Below, in pieces: positions 41,565 to 56,446 of a stretch of DNA of 64,000 nt (the first letter of the stretch is position 1; the number at the start of each line of letters is the position of its first letter). Source of the DNA: Octopus vulgaris (Eukaryota); NCBI GenBank assembly GCA_951406725.2, contig OX597830.1, forward strand, positions 68,324,001 through 68,388,000. The letters run 5' to 3'. A program made the translations under genes and the position numbers. The notes under the pieces were generated by a model. That model made no database searches, was not told the DNA's origin, and worked only from the letters and a program-made list of their open reading frames with translations.

Positions 41565-42268
41565 TATATATATAAAACTGAAATGCATTTTTACCGTTTG
41601 GCTCGCTTTCAATGCCACAACGTCCGGTCCGATTCGCTCTAGAATTTACAGGGGCATGTAGAATGAGGAGATGATGCCTGTGGGCTACGTTAGAAATCCC
41701 TATCTTAAAAGGTATGGTTGCTAGGGGCCATCTTTCTCACGCACGCTATTTCCTCCATTCCCCTCTTACTTCCTTCAAATATAACTTTGACATTATCCAC
41801 TCCCGTTATTTAATGTATTCCCTTCAAATCCCTTTCACTTTTCCTTTATAAGTTCCTCAGACGGCGTTCTTTAATCAATCTGCCTGAAATCATAGGGAGA
41901 ATAATCATTGCCACCAACAACACACAATCATGAGAACAAATATTATGAATCAGATATTCATTGCGTTCATTTATATGTGTGTGTGCGTGTGTGTGTGTTT
42001 GATATATAAATATGTATATATAATGTAAATATACAAAGTGTATATGTCTGTATTTATGTAAATTAAAGTTTTTAATACTTTTTGAAATTATAAATAAAAT
42101 TTAATAATTTTTATTTTAAATTTAAGAAGTTTAAAGTTTTCAATTTTATATATTTTCTCTATGATATTTTTATTTTTATGTTTTTGTTTTTGTTTTTTTG
42201 CCTATTAGTGGTTTTATCTCTAATTTAATTTATACATATATATATATAATTTGTAATTATAGTGCGTG

Positions 42269-42304
<36 letters not shown>

Positions 42305-42305
42305 A

Positions 42306-42346
<41 letters not shown>

Positions 42347-42490
42347 GTGTGCATTATATGGTCGGTCGGTTCAGCTGTAAATATGCACACCTATGAACCC
42401 TTTCGTTACTATATTTCTGACCAAAATACACCCCTTATGTGTTTCAATTAATTTCTAACATAATCATAAATTTAGTTTGGTTTTTTTGCC
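41565..42490 (+). mobile_element. Helitron-like 5' portion joined tail-to-head to the previous copy; piggyBac truncated (42398-~42482)
   Basis: CTAG|TATATATATAAAACTGAAATG junction. Confidence 0.75.
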
Positions 42491-43083
42491 TATGTATGTG
42501 TTTGTGTATATGTTTGCGTGTCTGTGTTTGTCCCCCCAACATCGCTTGACAACCGATGCTAGTGTGTTTACGTCCCCGTAACTTAGCGGTTCGGCAAAAG
42601 ACCCCGATAGATTAAGTACTAAGCTTACAAACAATAAGTCCTGGTGTCGATTTGCTCGACTAAAGGCAGTGCTCCAGCATGGCAGCAGTCAAATGACTGA
42701 AACAAGTAAGAGTGTAAAAGAGTAAAATATTTTTAAAAAAAAACATGTTAAGAGAAATAGTAAAGACACAAATAATAAATAAATAAATGAATAAAAAAAT
42801 AAATAAACAAATACTCTCTAAAATATAAAGTAGACGAGAGACAGAAAGTAAGTGGTGAGAAGGAAAAAGTACATGATAGAGGGAGGGGAAGAAAAAGGAT
42901 TATAAAAAGGGTATCTTTGGAAATCGTCAGTCTGTGAATTGATTGACAGAGAGCATTAGCAGCTGGAAAATAAATATAAATAGAATTATACCCGAATATA
43001 TGAATAATAGTAGGGTATGATCATACAGGGCAAAAGTACCGGTAGGTATATTTCAATGTTGCAAGAGGACTAAATCGTAACAC

Positions 43084-43114
<31 letters not shown>

Positions 43115-43132
<18 letters not shown>

Positions 43133-43837
43133 TGAAATGCATTTTTACCGTTTGGCTCGCTTTCAATGCCATACGTCCCGTCCGATTCGCTCTAGAATTT
43201 ACAGGGGCATGTAGAATGAGCTGACGATGCCTATGGGCTACGTTAGAAATCCCTATCTTAAAAGGTGTGGTTGCTAGAAGCCATCTTTCTCACTCATGCT
43301 ATTTCCTCTATTCCCCTCTTACTCTCTTCAAATATAACTTTGACAATGTCCACTCCTGTTATTTAATGTATTCCCTTCAAATCCCTTTCACTTTTCCTTT
43401 ATAAGTTCGTCACACGGCGTTCTTTGATCGATCTGCCTGCATTCATAGGGAGAATTATCATTGCCACCAACAACACACAATCATGAGAAGAAATATTATG
43501 AATCAGATATTCATTGCGTTCATTTATATATGTGTGTGTGTGTTCAATATATAAATATGTATATATAATGTAAATATACAAAGTGTATATATCTGCATTT
43601 ATGTATATTAAACCTTTTAATACTTTTTGATATTTATATATATTTTAAACAAATTATAAATAAAATTTAATAATTTTTATTTTAAATTTAAATAATTTAA
43701 ATTTTTCTATTTTATATATTTTCTATTTTTATTTTTATTATTTTGTTTTTGTTTTTTTGCCTATTGGTGGTTTTATTTCTAATTTAATTTATACATATAT
43801 ATAATATAATATAATATAATTTGTAAATATAATGCGT

Positions 43838-43936
<99 letters not shown>

Positions 43937-46212
43937 ATGTGTGCTTTATGTGGTCCGTCGGTTCAGCTGAAAATATGCACTCCTATGAACGCTTTCGTTA
44001 CATTATTTCTGACCAAAATACACACCTTATGTGTTTCAATTAATTTCTAACATAAACATAAATTTACTTTGGTTTCATTAAACAGCTATAACATTTTTAT
44101 TTATCAATATATTAATGTGATCTTCGGAAGATAATTTAATGAAATGTTCTCAACCAATTCTATACTATAATTTTTGTCACAAAGTGACACTAATTGCAGG
44201 AAGATACAGTTAAATTCAACAAAATATAAAATTATTAAAATTTTGTTCAAACATCGCTATATAAAATGGGTTATTAGCTAATATTCAATTGGGTATACAA
44301 CAAAATTTTACGATAGAATTTGTTATTCTGGGTAACTGTCTGATGCCCATAATAATATTTATGGCTAAATAGTCTTAATTTCATTTAAGGTTGTGGGAAA
44401 CCACTAACTATCCTTTCTTTCGCTTTGTTTACATTTAGCGTAAAGGTTCGTTTCCGCCATAATGAATTCAAATAGGCTCATTTGGAGAAGTAAAAAGAAA
44501 TATTCTAAGGCTTTACTCTCCTGGGAAAGTCTGTGGCTTGGTCCAGTTTCTTCAGAGAAATCACCGAAAGAAACAGTTTTTCAATTTTCACTCCATTCAG
44601 GTGCCAATTCATTTTCTTTATCGCAGTCGGAGCTCTCGGATTCACTGTTTTCAGTTTTGGAAAATGGAACATCAGATTCCTTATCAAATACCATGTGCTG
44701 TTTTTTTTCAGTCATAGAGTTAGATTTATCAAGGTCTTCAGTAGAAGATACTTCGAATTCTGACTCACCGCTTGATATGATGAAACTCGTATCCTTTTTT
44801 TGTCAGAATTACCAATTTTGAAAACACAATAGGAACAAATTTCGAAAAAAAGTCTCCCAAAATTCACGGAATTAAAATTACACTTCGATCGTTGTACAAA
44901 ACTGTAGATGAACTTTTTACGAATTATAATCACGTTTTTTCACGAATGTGATAAAGAGATTTGCGCTGATATTCTCTTTTAAATATAAATAGGTAAATAC
45001 GGGCGGGTTTTGTCGGTTTGGTCACATTAACCAAAATCTTTTTCGGGCGGCTTTGGGCGTTTGGTAACGAAAGCGTTAAAAGTGCTGGCAAGTTTGCATG
45101 ACAACTATTTTATCCTCAAATGAAAGGCGTGACCTCTAGAAACACAATTCCTCATCTTATAAAATGTGGCCCTAGTAGACCCGAATGAAATCGTGTTATA
45201 TTAACCAAAATGTGAAAAGGGGTATAAATGGGGCTGGAAGGGGATTAAAATTTAAAGGAGCGAGTATTTAGGAATTCTCTGTTACATCAAGCTAAAAAAT
45301 TTGCGACAGCCTTTTAATCTTCAATGTGTTGCCGTCCATGATGAAGTGGTTTTGAATGCTTGCCATGGTGAGTCTACTGTCGTGAGAAAGAATTACTTCA
45401 AATGTTGATGTTTACGAATTTTCTTTTACATCTAGTTGAAAATTTTACGCCAGCCGTTAAACTGTCAATACGTTGCTTTCCGTCATTAAGAAATGCCAGC
45501 CATGGTGACTCTAATATACTCAAATTCTATCCCTTCAAACTTTGCTTTCCAATATTTTATTATGTTTATTCAGCTCGCTAGTTCGTCTGTCCCCTTTAGA
45601 TGTTAGAGTTTTGCTGTCTGCCTCGGAGCAGACCTTTCCGTTGCCACTGCCTGATATTTATGATTGATCTTTCTAAATATTTTATTTCTCAACTTACTCA
45701 AGATCTTTTGTTGTTTATAAATGGGAGAGAGATAGATAAAAATAGAGAGTAAGAGAAAGCGAAGGAGAGTCCAAGAGAAAAGAAAAGTGAGAGAATGAGA
45801 AAGTGAGAGAGAAAGCAGAGAGAAACAAAGAGGGAGAATCCTCATCCTCATCATCGGTTAACGTCCGTTTTCCGTGCTAGCACGGGTTGGACAGTTTGAC
45901 CGGGGTCTGGGAATCCAGGAGGCTGCACCAGGCTCCAGTCTTATCTGGCAGTGTTTCTGCAGGTTGATGACCTTCCTAACGCCAATCACTCTGTGAGTGT
46001 AGTGGGTGCCTTTTTCGTGCCTCCGACACAGGTGCCAAGGGGGCTCGCAGCGGCAACGATCGGTTGGTGCTTTTTACGTGTCACTGGCACAGAAGCCAGT
46101 CAAGGCGGCGCTGCAATCGGCCACGTTCGTATGGTGCATTTTACGTGCTGAAAGGAAACAGAAAGTAACAACCACGCTCTTACCCGCGCGTAGTGCGGGT
46201 CAGCTTCAGCTA

Positions 46213-46213
<1 letters not shown>
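43115..46213 (+). mobile_element. Complete Helitron-like copy with piggyBac 43990-45075
   Basis: Hairpin ACCCGCGC-GTA-GTGCGGGT (46182-46200) then CAGCTTCAGCTAG|T. Confidence 0.8.
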
Positions 46214-46276
<63 letters not shown>

Positions 46277-47282
46277 TCAGGGAGAAAATTATAGATCTAT
46301 ACAAATATACACATATACCCAAATCGAAGGTCGCTTAGACACCGAAAGACAAGCACACACAAGTGTATACATATATATACATGTATGTATGCATGCATGT
46401 GTGCTTGTAGGTAGGTATTTATGTATGTATGAATGCATGTAATATGTACGGAGCTATGTGTGCATGTATGCATGTATGTTTGTATGTATGCATATGCGTG
46501 TGTGTATGTATATAGGCAGGTAGATAGGGAGCACGGGTATTACGTGTATACCTCTGAAAATAGGTTCAACCTAAACTTTATTGCTAATGATTTCTCGTTC
46601 CTAAGGGTTGACGTTACATGGCAACGCCTGGGTATGTTTAAAATAGGGCAGGGTATTTATGAGAATTTCAAGAAATATTTCAAATCGAATACAAACATAT
46701 TAAATAAATCTGCGTGGTACATGAATTCCGAGAGAGATAAAGGAGACTGAACGTGGTTTTATGCGTGAGAGAATGTGCACATGTGTGAGTGCGTGCCTCT
46801 TTGTGTATGTGTGTGGGTTTTATTTATATATTTACATGTCCAAACCTATTATGATATTTGTCATCCTTGTTTCACTTTGCAGCTAACAACCAATGTATCA
46901 TAGTATTCAATTGAAAAGGATTTTAAATGCTTATAGCTAAATCCACACCCTAATATTCCCTTACATACCTTATCGTGAATATGGTTTAATGCTTCTTTGC
47001 TGTAATATCATTTGCCCAGACAGAAGTTGATTTCTATACAAAGATGTTTGTGATTATTCATTGAATAAGGAAGAAAAAATAATAATACAACGTGTAGGTT
47101 TGTTTAAAATAGAGCAGAACATAATTCACCGATTAATTATGTGAAAGTGAGCAAGAATCTCAAATGGAATACAAAGAACTAAATCAAAACTGCATGGTCC
47201 GTAAATTACGAGCGACAATAAGGATATCGAATGTCGCTGCATACTTGTTTGTATGAGCTTCAGTATGTGTGTGTGTTTGTAA

Positions 47283-47315
<33 letters not shown>

Positions 47316-48633
47316 GTGTGTGTGTATGTGTGTGTGTATGTGAGTGTTTGTGTGTCTGATTCATATATTTACCTCCCAAACCCTATTATGCTATTCTCCT
47401 TCGTTCTTTCACTTTGCAGCTAGCAACCATGGCAGTTTAATTATATATGCGTGAATGCATACGTTTATGTATGTATGTATGTATGTATGTATGTATGTAT
47501 GTATGTATGTATGTATGTATGTATATGTACGTATGTATGTATATGTACGTAGGTATTTATGTGTGTATGTTTGTATGTATATATCTATGTAACTATGTAT
47601 GCACGTGTGCGTATGTATGTGATTTGCTTTCTCTTTTCAATATTGACCGGGCAGCTACAAATTATCAAGGTTGTAAAGAAAAGTTTCTAAGTTTAACTGA
47701 AAATATTTCCCATGCAATCAGTAACCCCTAAAATGTTTTCAGACTTTTAGGGCTTCACTGAATTTTTCGCTTATTAATTATTTCCTATCAATGTCTCGTT
47801 TTTGGATTTCAAATGCTTTGCCTTCGAATTGCGATGTGATGTGGCGGAGACTTTCATTTAATTAGAAATATCTTCTAATCAAAACATTGTATACCGTGTC
47901 GCTACAGCATCCAACAATTATAATTCCGTTAATTATCTTTTCCTGTTACTCATCTCTCTAACCCTCAACAGGCTCGACAGCGATAAAATATATTTTTGAG
48001 CAATATCTTAATAATAATTATCGATTTTAAGTCTGTATGTCAATATTTACGAATAAATTTACGCCTGCACGAACACACACACACACGCATATATATGCAT
48101 GACCAATTCCGATAAACTCAAGGCTAGATTGTTCGTTCCAACGTACGTTTTACTATTCTAGTTCTTTGCGACACTGCATTGGATGTTTCAAGTGGAATGG
48201 ATTCTTAACAACAACGGATCATCAGGGAACATCTTACTGCATCACGTTATATACGCCTAATGTCTTGAGTTGGGCAGACGGCGCGAGATTTTATAAGAAT
48301 TATGAAAGGGAAGAATGAAAAAGATATGATCAGAGAAAGATAAAGGGAATCGAAGAAAGAAAGAAGAACGTGAGAGAGAAAACGACAATATTGTAATTAT
48401 AAAATGAAAGAATGAACGATGAGAAGGACTGAACTGGAAAAGTGAATAAAAATTAAACAAAATAGGCGTAGGAGTGGCTGTGTGGTAAGTAGCTTGGTTA
48501 GGAACCACATGGTTCCGGGTTCAGTACTACAGTGTGGCGCCTTGGGCAAGTGTCTTCTATAGCCTCGGGCTGACCAATGCCTTGTCAGTGGATTTGATAG
48601 ACGGAAAATGTAAAAAGCCTGTCGTATGTATGT

Positions 48634-48683
<50 letters not shown>

Positions 48684-48684
<1 letters not shown>

Positions 48685-49097
48685 CACACACACACACATA
48701 TATAAATGAACACAATGAATATCTGATTCATAATATTTGTTCTCATGATTGTGTGTTGTTGGTTGCAATGATAATTCTCCTCATGAACGCAGGCAGATAG
48801 ATCAAAGAACGCCGTCTGACGAACTTATAAAGGAAAAGTGAAAGGGATTTGAAGGGAATACATCAAATAACGGGTGTGGATTATGTCAAAGTTATAATTG
48901 AAGGAAGTAAGAGGGGAATGGAGGAAATAGCGTGAGTGAGAAAGATGGCCGCTAGCAACCACACCTTTTAAGATAGGGATTTCTAACGTCGCCCACAGGC
49001 ATCATCTCCTCATTCTACATGCCCCTGTAAATTCTAGAGCGAATTGGACGGGACGTTGTGGCATTGAAAGCGAGCCAAACGGTAAAAATGCATTTCA

Positions 49098-49157
<60 letters not shown>

Positions 49158-51021
49158 AGTGTTACGATTTAGTCCTTTTGCAACATTGAAATATACCTTC
49201 CGGTACTTTTGCCCTCTATGATCATACCCTACTATTATTCATATATTCGGGTATATTTCTATTTATATTTATTTTCCAACTGCTAATGCTCTCTGTCAAA
49301 CAATTCACAGACTGACCACTTCCAAAGACACCCATCTTCATATATGTCTTACATCCCCCTCCCTCTCTTCTGTACTTTCTTTCTCACCATCTTTCTTTCC
49401 TTTCTCTCCTCTATTGTTTTGAGGAGTATTTATTCTCCCTTTATCATTTCTCTTAAATATAATTTCAAACTATTTCCTTTACTTTTCACAGACTGACCAT
49501 TTCCAAAGACAAACTTTTTATAGTCCACTTCCTTTCCCCTCCCTCTTTCATGTGCTTTCTCCTTCTCACCACGCTTACTTTCTGTCTCTCGTCTACTTTA
49601 TATTTTAGAGAGTATTTATTTATTTATTTATTTATTCATTTATTTATTTATTGTTTGTGTCTTTACTATTTCTCTTAACATGATTTTATTTTAAAATATT
49701 TTACTCTTTTTACTCTTTAACTCTCTTACTTGTTTCAGTCATTTGACTGCTGCCATGCTGGAGCAATGCCTTTAGTCGAGCAAATCGACACCAGGACTTA
49801 TTGTTTGTAAGCCTAGTACTTATTCTATTGGGGTCTTTTGCCGAACCGCTAAGTTACGGGGACGTAAACACACCAGCATCGGTTGTCAAGCGATGTTGGG
49901 GGGACAAACACAGACACGCAAACATATACACAAACACATACATATGTATTTACCGTATTTACCTATTTATATTTAAATGAGATTATCAGAGCAAATCTCT
50001 TTATTACATTCGTGAAAACACGTGATTATGCTTCGTAAACAGTTCATCTAGTTTTGTACAACGATCGAAGTGTAATTTAAATTCCGTGAATTTTGCGAAA
50101 TTTTTTTCACAAATTTGTTCCTATTGTGTTTTCAAAATTTGTAATTCTGACTAAAAATGGATGCGAATTTCATCATATCATGCGGCGAGTCAGAATTCGA
50201 AGGATTTTCAACTGAAGACTTTGATAAATCTAACTCTATGACTGAAAAAAAAAACAGCACGTGGTATTTGATAATGAATCTGATGTTTCATTTTCCAAAA
50301 GTGAAAACAGTGAATCCGAGAGCTCCGACTGCGATAAAGAAAATGAATTGGCACCTGAATGGAGTGAAAATTTAAAAACTGTTTCTTTCCTTGATTTTTG
50401 TGAGGAAACTGGACCAAGCCACAGACTTTCCCAGAAGAGTAAAGCCTTAGACTATTTCTTTTTACTTTTTCGAATGAGCCTATTTGAAATCATTATGGCG
50501 GAAACGAACTGTTACGCTAAACGTAAACAAAGCGGAAGAAAGGATAGTCAGTGGTTTCCCACAATCTTAAATGAAATTAAGAATATTTTGCCATAGATAT
50601 TATTATTATGGGTATCAGAAAGTTACCCAGAATAACAAATTCTATCGTAAAATTTTCTTGGATACACAATTGAATATTAGCTAATAATCCATTTTCTATA
50701 GCGATGTTTGAACAAAATTTTAATAATTTCATATTTTATTGAATTTACCTGTATCTACCTGCAATTAGAGTCACTTTGTGAAAAAAATTATAGTATAGTA
50801 TTGTTTGAGAACATTTCATTAAATTATCTTCCAAAAATCACATTAAAACATTGATAAATAAAAATGTTATAGTTGTTTAATGAAACCAAACTAAATTTAT
50901 GATTATGTTAGAAATTAATTGAAACACATAAGGGGTGTATTTTGGTCAGAAATATAGTAACGAAGGGGTTCATAGGTGTGCATATTTTCAGCTGAACCGA
51001 CAGACCATATAATGCACACAT

Positions 51022-51112
<91 letters not shown>

Positions 51113-51140
51113 ACGCACTATAATTACAAATTATATATAT
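48684..51140 (-). repeat. Inverted block 2 of the array (includes piggyBac ~49950-50968 in flipped orientation)
   Basis: Reverse complement of the truncated-piggyBac/SINE/upstream-block/Helitron-5' arrangement seen at ~31600-33870. Confidence 0.88.
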
Positions 51141-51149
51141 ATATATATA

Positions 51150-51868
51150 TATGTATTTTTACCGTTTGGCTCGCTTTCAATGCCACAACGTCCCGTCCGA
51201 TTCTCTCTAGAATTTACTGGGGCATGTAGAATGAGGTGACGATGCCTATGGGCTACGTTAGAAATCCCTATCTTAAAAGGTATGGTTGCTAGAAGCCATC
51301 TTTCTCACTCACGCTATTTCCTCTATTCCCCTCTTACTCCCTTCAGTAATAACTTTGACAATGTCCACTCCTGTTATTTAATGTATTCCCTTCAAATCCC
51401 TTTCATTTTTCCTTTATAAGTTCGTCACACGGCGTTCATTGATCGATCTGCCTGCATTCATTGGGAGAATTATCATTGCCACCAACAACACACAATCATG
51501 AGAACAAATATTATGAATCAGATATTCATTGTGTTCATTTATATATGTGTGTGTGTGTGTGTTCGATATATAAATATGTATATATAATGTAAATATACAA
51601 AGTGTATATATCTGCATTTATGTATATTAAACCTTTTAATACTTATTGATATTTATATATATTTTTAAACAAATTATAAATAAAATTTAATAATTTTTAT
51701 TTTAAATTTATATAATTTAAATTTTTCTATTTTATATATTTTCTATATAATATTTTTATTTTTATGTTTTTGTTTTTGTTTTTTTCCTATTAGTGGTTTT
51801 ATTTCTAATTTAATTTATACATATACATATATATAATTTGTAAATATAATGCGTGCACACACACACAA

Positions 51869-51937
<69 letters not shown>

Positions 51938-54143
51938 ATGTGTGCTTTATGTGGTCCGTCGGTTCAGCTGAAAATATGCACTCCTATGAACCCTTTCGTT
52001 ACTATATTTCTGGCCAAAATACACACCTTATGTGTTTCAATTAATTTCTAACATAAACATAAATTTACTTTGGTTTCATTAAACAACTATAACATTTTTA
52101 TTTATCAATATTTTAACGTGATCTTTGGAAGATAATTTAATGAAATGTTCTCAACCAATTCTATACTATAATTTTTGTCACAAAGTGACTCTAATTGCAG
52201 GTAGATATAGTTAAATTCAACAAAATATAAAATTATTAGAATTTTGTTCAAACATCGCTATATAAAATGGGTTATTAGCTAATATTCAATTGGGTATACA
52301 ACAAAATTCTACGACAGAATTTGTTATTCTGGTAACTTTCTGATACCCATAATAATATTTATGGCTAAATAGTCTTAATTTCATTTAAGGTTGTGGGAAA
52401 CAACTAACTATCCTTTCTTTCGCTTTGTTTACATTTAGCGTAACAGTTCGTTTCCGCCATAATGATTTCAAATAGGCTCATTCGAAAAAGTAAAAAGAAA
52501 TATTCTAAGGCTTTACTCTCCTGGGAACGTATGTGGCTTGGTCCAGTTTCTTCAGAAAAATCACCGAAAGAAACAGTTTTTCAATTTTCACTCCATTCAG
52601 GTGCCAATTCATTTTCTTTATCGCAGTCGGAGCTATCGGAATCACTGTTTTCCCTTTCGGAAAATGAAACATCAGATTCATTATCAAATACCACGTGCTG
52701 TTTTTTTTTCAGTCATAGATTTAGATTTATCAAAATCTTCAGTAGAAAATCCTTCGAATGTTGACTCGCTGCTTGATATGATGAAATTCGTATTCATTTT
52801 TTGTCAGAATTACAAATTTTGAAAACACATAGGAACAAATTTCGGAAAAAAATCTCCCAAAATTCACGGAATTAAAATTACACCTCGATCGATGTACAAA
52901 ACTGTAGATGAACTGTTTACAAAGTATAATCACGTGTTTTCACGAATGTAATAAAGAGATTTGCTCTGATATTCTCATTTAAATATAAATAGGTAAATAC
53001 GGGGGGATTTGGGCAGTGTGGTCACATTAACCAAAATCTTTTTCCGGCGGCTTTGGGCGGTTTGGTAACGAAAGGGTTAAAAGTGCTGGCAAGTTTGCAT
53101 GACAACTATTTTATCCTCAAATGAAAGGCGTGACCTCTAGGACAAAATTCCTCATCTTATAATATGTGGCCCCAGTAGACCCGAATGAAATCGGGTTATA
53201 TTAACCAAAATGTGAAAAGGGGTATAAATGGGGCTGGAAGGGGATTAAAATTTAAAGGAGCGAGTATTTAGGAATTCTCTGTTACATCAAGCTAAAAAAT
53301 TTGCGCCAGCCTTTTAATCTACAATGTGTTGCCGTCCATGATGAAGAGGTTTTGAATAATGCCATGGCGAGTCTACTGTCGTGAGAAAGAATCACTTCAA
53401 AAGTTGGTGTTTACGAATTTTCTTTTACATCAAGTTGCAAATTTTACGCCAGCCGTTAAACTGTCAATACGTTGCCGTCCATCATAAAAAATGCCAGCCA
53501 TGGTGACTCTAATATCCTCAGATTCTATCCCTTCAAACTTTGCTTTCCAATATTTTATTATTTTTATTCAGCTCGCAAATTCGTCTGTCCCTTTTAAATG
53601 TTAGCGTTTTGCTGTCTGACTTGAAGCAGACCTTTCCGTTGCCACTGCCTTATATTTATGATTGATCTTTCTAAATATTTTATTTCTCAACTTACTCATG
53701 ATCTTTTGTTGTTTATAAATGGGAGAGAGATAGATAAAGATAGAGAGTAAGAGAAAGCAAGGGAGAGTCCGAGAGAAAAGAAAAGTAAGAGAGTGGGGAA
53801 GTGAGAGAGAAAGGAATGAGAAACATTCTGGGGTCTGGGAAGCCAGGAGGCTGCACCAGGCTCCAGTCTGATCTGGCAGTGTTTCTACAGGTGGATGACC
53901 TTCCTAACGCCAACCACTCTTGAGTGTAGTGTGTGCTTTTTTCGTGCCTCCGGCACAGGTGCCGGGGGAACTCGTTGCGGCAACGATCGGTTGGTGCTTT
54001 TTACATGCCACTGGCACAGAAGCCAGTCAAGGTCGCGCTGCAATTGGCCACGTTCGGATGGTGATTTTTACGTGCTGAATGGAAGCAACAGAAAGTAACA
54101 ACTACACTCTTACCCGCGCGTAGAACGGGTCACCTTCAGCTAG
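51150..54143 (+). mobile_element. Helitron-like copy (extreme 5' end lost) with piggyBac 51991-53076
   Basis: Ends with hairpin + TTCAGCTAG|T at 54143. Confidence 0.78.
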
Positions 54144-55135
54144 TATATATATATATATTGTTTCAGGGAGAAAAATACAGATCTATACAAATATACACAT
54201 ATACCAAATTCGATGGTCGATTAGACACCCAAAGACGAACACACAAAAAATAAAGTGTATACATATATATGCATGTATGTATGCATGCATGTGTGCATGT
54301 AGGCAGGTATTTATGTACGTATGAATGCATGTAATATGTATGTATCTATGTATGCATGTATGTGTGTATGTATGCATATGCGTGTGTGTATGTATATAGG
54401 CAGGTAAATAGGGAGCACGGCAAGTACGTGTATACCTATGAAAATAGGTTCAACCTAAACTTTATTGCTAATGATTTTGTTGCTGCATTTCTCGTTCCTA
54501 TGGGTTGATGTTACATGGGAACCTCTGCGTATTTATGAGAATTTCAGGAAACATTTCAAATCGAATACAAACAATTTAAATAAATCTGCGTGGTACATGA
54601 ATTCCGAGAGAGATAAAGGAGACTGAACGTGGTTTTATGCGTGAGAGAATGTGCACATGTGTGTGTGCGTGCCTCTTTGTGTATGTGTGTGTGTTTTATT
54701 TATATATTTACATGTCCAAACCTATTACGATATTTGTCATCCCCGTTTCACTTTGAAGCTAACAACCAATGTATCATAGTATTAAATTGAAAAGGATTTT
54801 AAATGCTTATAGCTAAATCCACACCCGAATATTCCCTTACATACCTTATCGTGAATATAGTTTAATGCTTCTTTGCTGAAATATCGTTTGCCCAGACAGA
54901 AGTTGATTTCTATACAAAGATGTTTGTGATTATTCATTGAATAAGGAAGTAAAAATAATAATACAACGTGTAGGTTTGTTTAAAATGGAGCAGAGCATGA
55001 TTAATCGAATAATTATGAGAATGTGAACAAGAATTTCAAATGGAATACAAAGATCTAAATCAAAACTGCATGGTACATAAATTACGAGCGACAATAAGGA
55101 TATTGAATGCCACTAAATACTTCTGTGTATGACGT

Positions 55136-55172
<37 letters not shown>

Positions 55173-55327
55173 TGTGTGTGTGTGTGTGCATGTGTGTATG
55201 TGTGTGTGTATGTGAGTTTTTGTGCGTCTGATTCATATATTTACCTCTCATGTTACGTTCCTTCATTGTTTCACTTTACAGCTAGCAACCATGGCAGTTT
55301 AATTATATATGCTTGAATGCATACATG

Positions 55328-55361
<34 letters not shown>

Positions 55362-55669
55362 TGTATGTATGTATGTATGTATGTATAGGTACGTATGTCT
55401 GTATATGTACGTAGGTATTTATGTGTGTATGTTTGTATGTATATATCTATGTAACTATGTATGCACGTGTGTGTATGTAATTTGCTTTCTCTTTTCAATA
55501 TTGACCGGGCAGCTACATATTATCAAGGTTGTAAAGAAAAGTTTCTAAATTTAACTGAAAATATGTCCCATGCAATCAGTAACTCCTAAAATGTTTTCAG
55601 ACTGCTAGGGCTTCACTGTGTCTTTGGCTTATTAATTATTTCCTATCAATCTTTCGTTTTTGGATTTCA

Positions 55670-56092
<423 letters not shown>

Positions 56093-56279
56093 TCAGGGTG
56101 AAAAAGATAGATCTATACAAATATACACATATACCCAAATCGAAGGTAACTTAGGCAGCCAAAGACAATCGCACACAAAATAAAGTGTATACATATATAT
56201 GCATGTATGTATGCATGCATGTGTGCTTGTAGGTAGGTATTTATGTATGTATGAATGCATGTAATATGTACGTATCTAT

Positions 56280-56372
56280 TTTTATATCTTTGTTTTGTTT
56301 TTTTTGCCTAATAGTGGTTTTATCTCTAATTTAATTTATACATATTTATATAATTTGTAAATATAATGTGTT

Positions 56373-56446
<74 letters not shown>

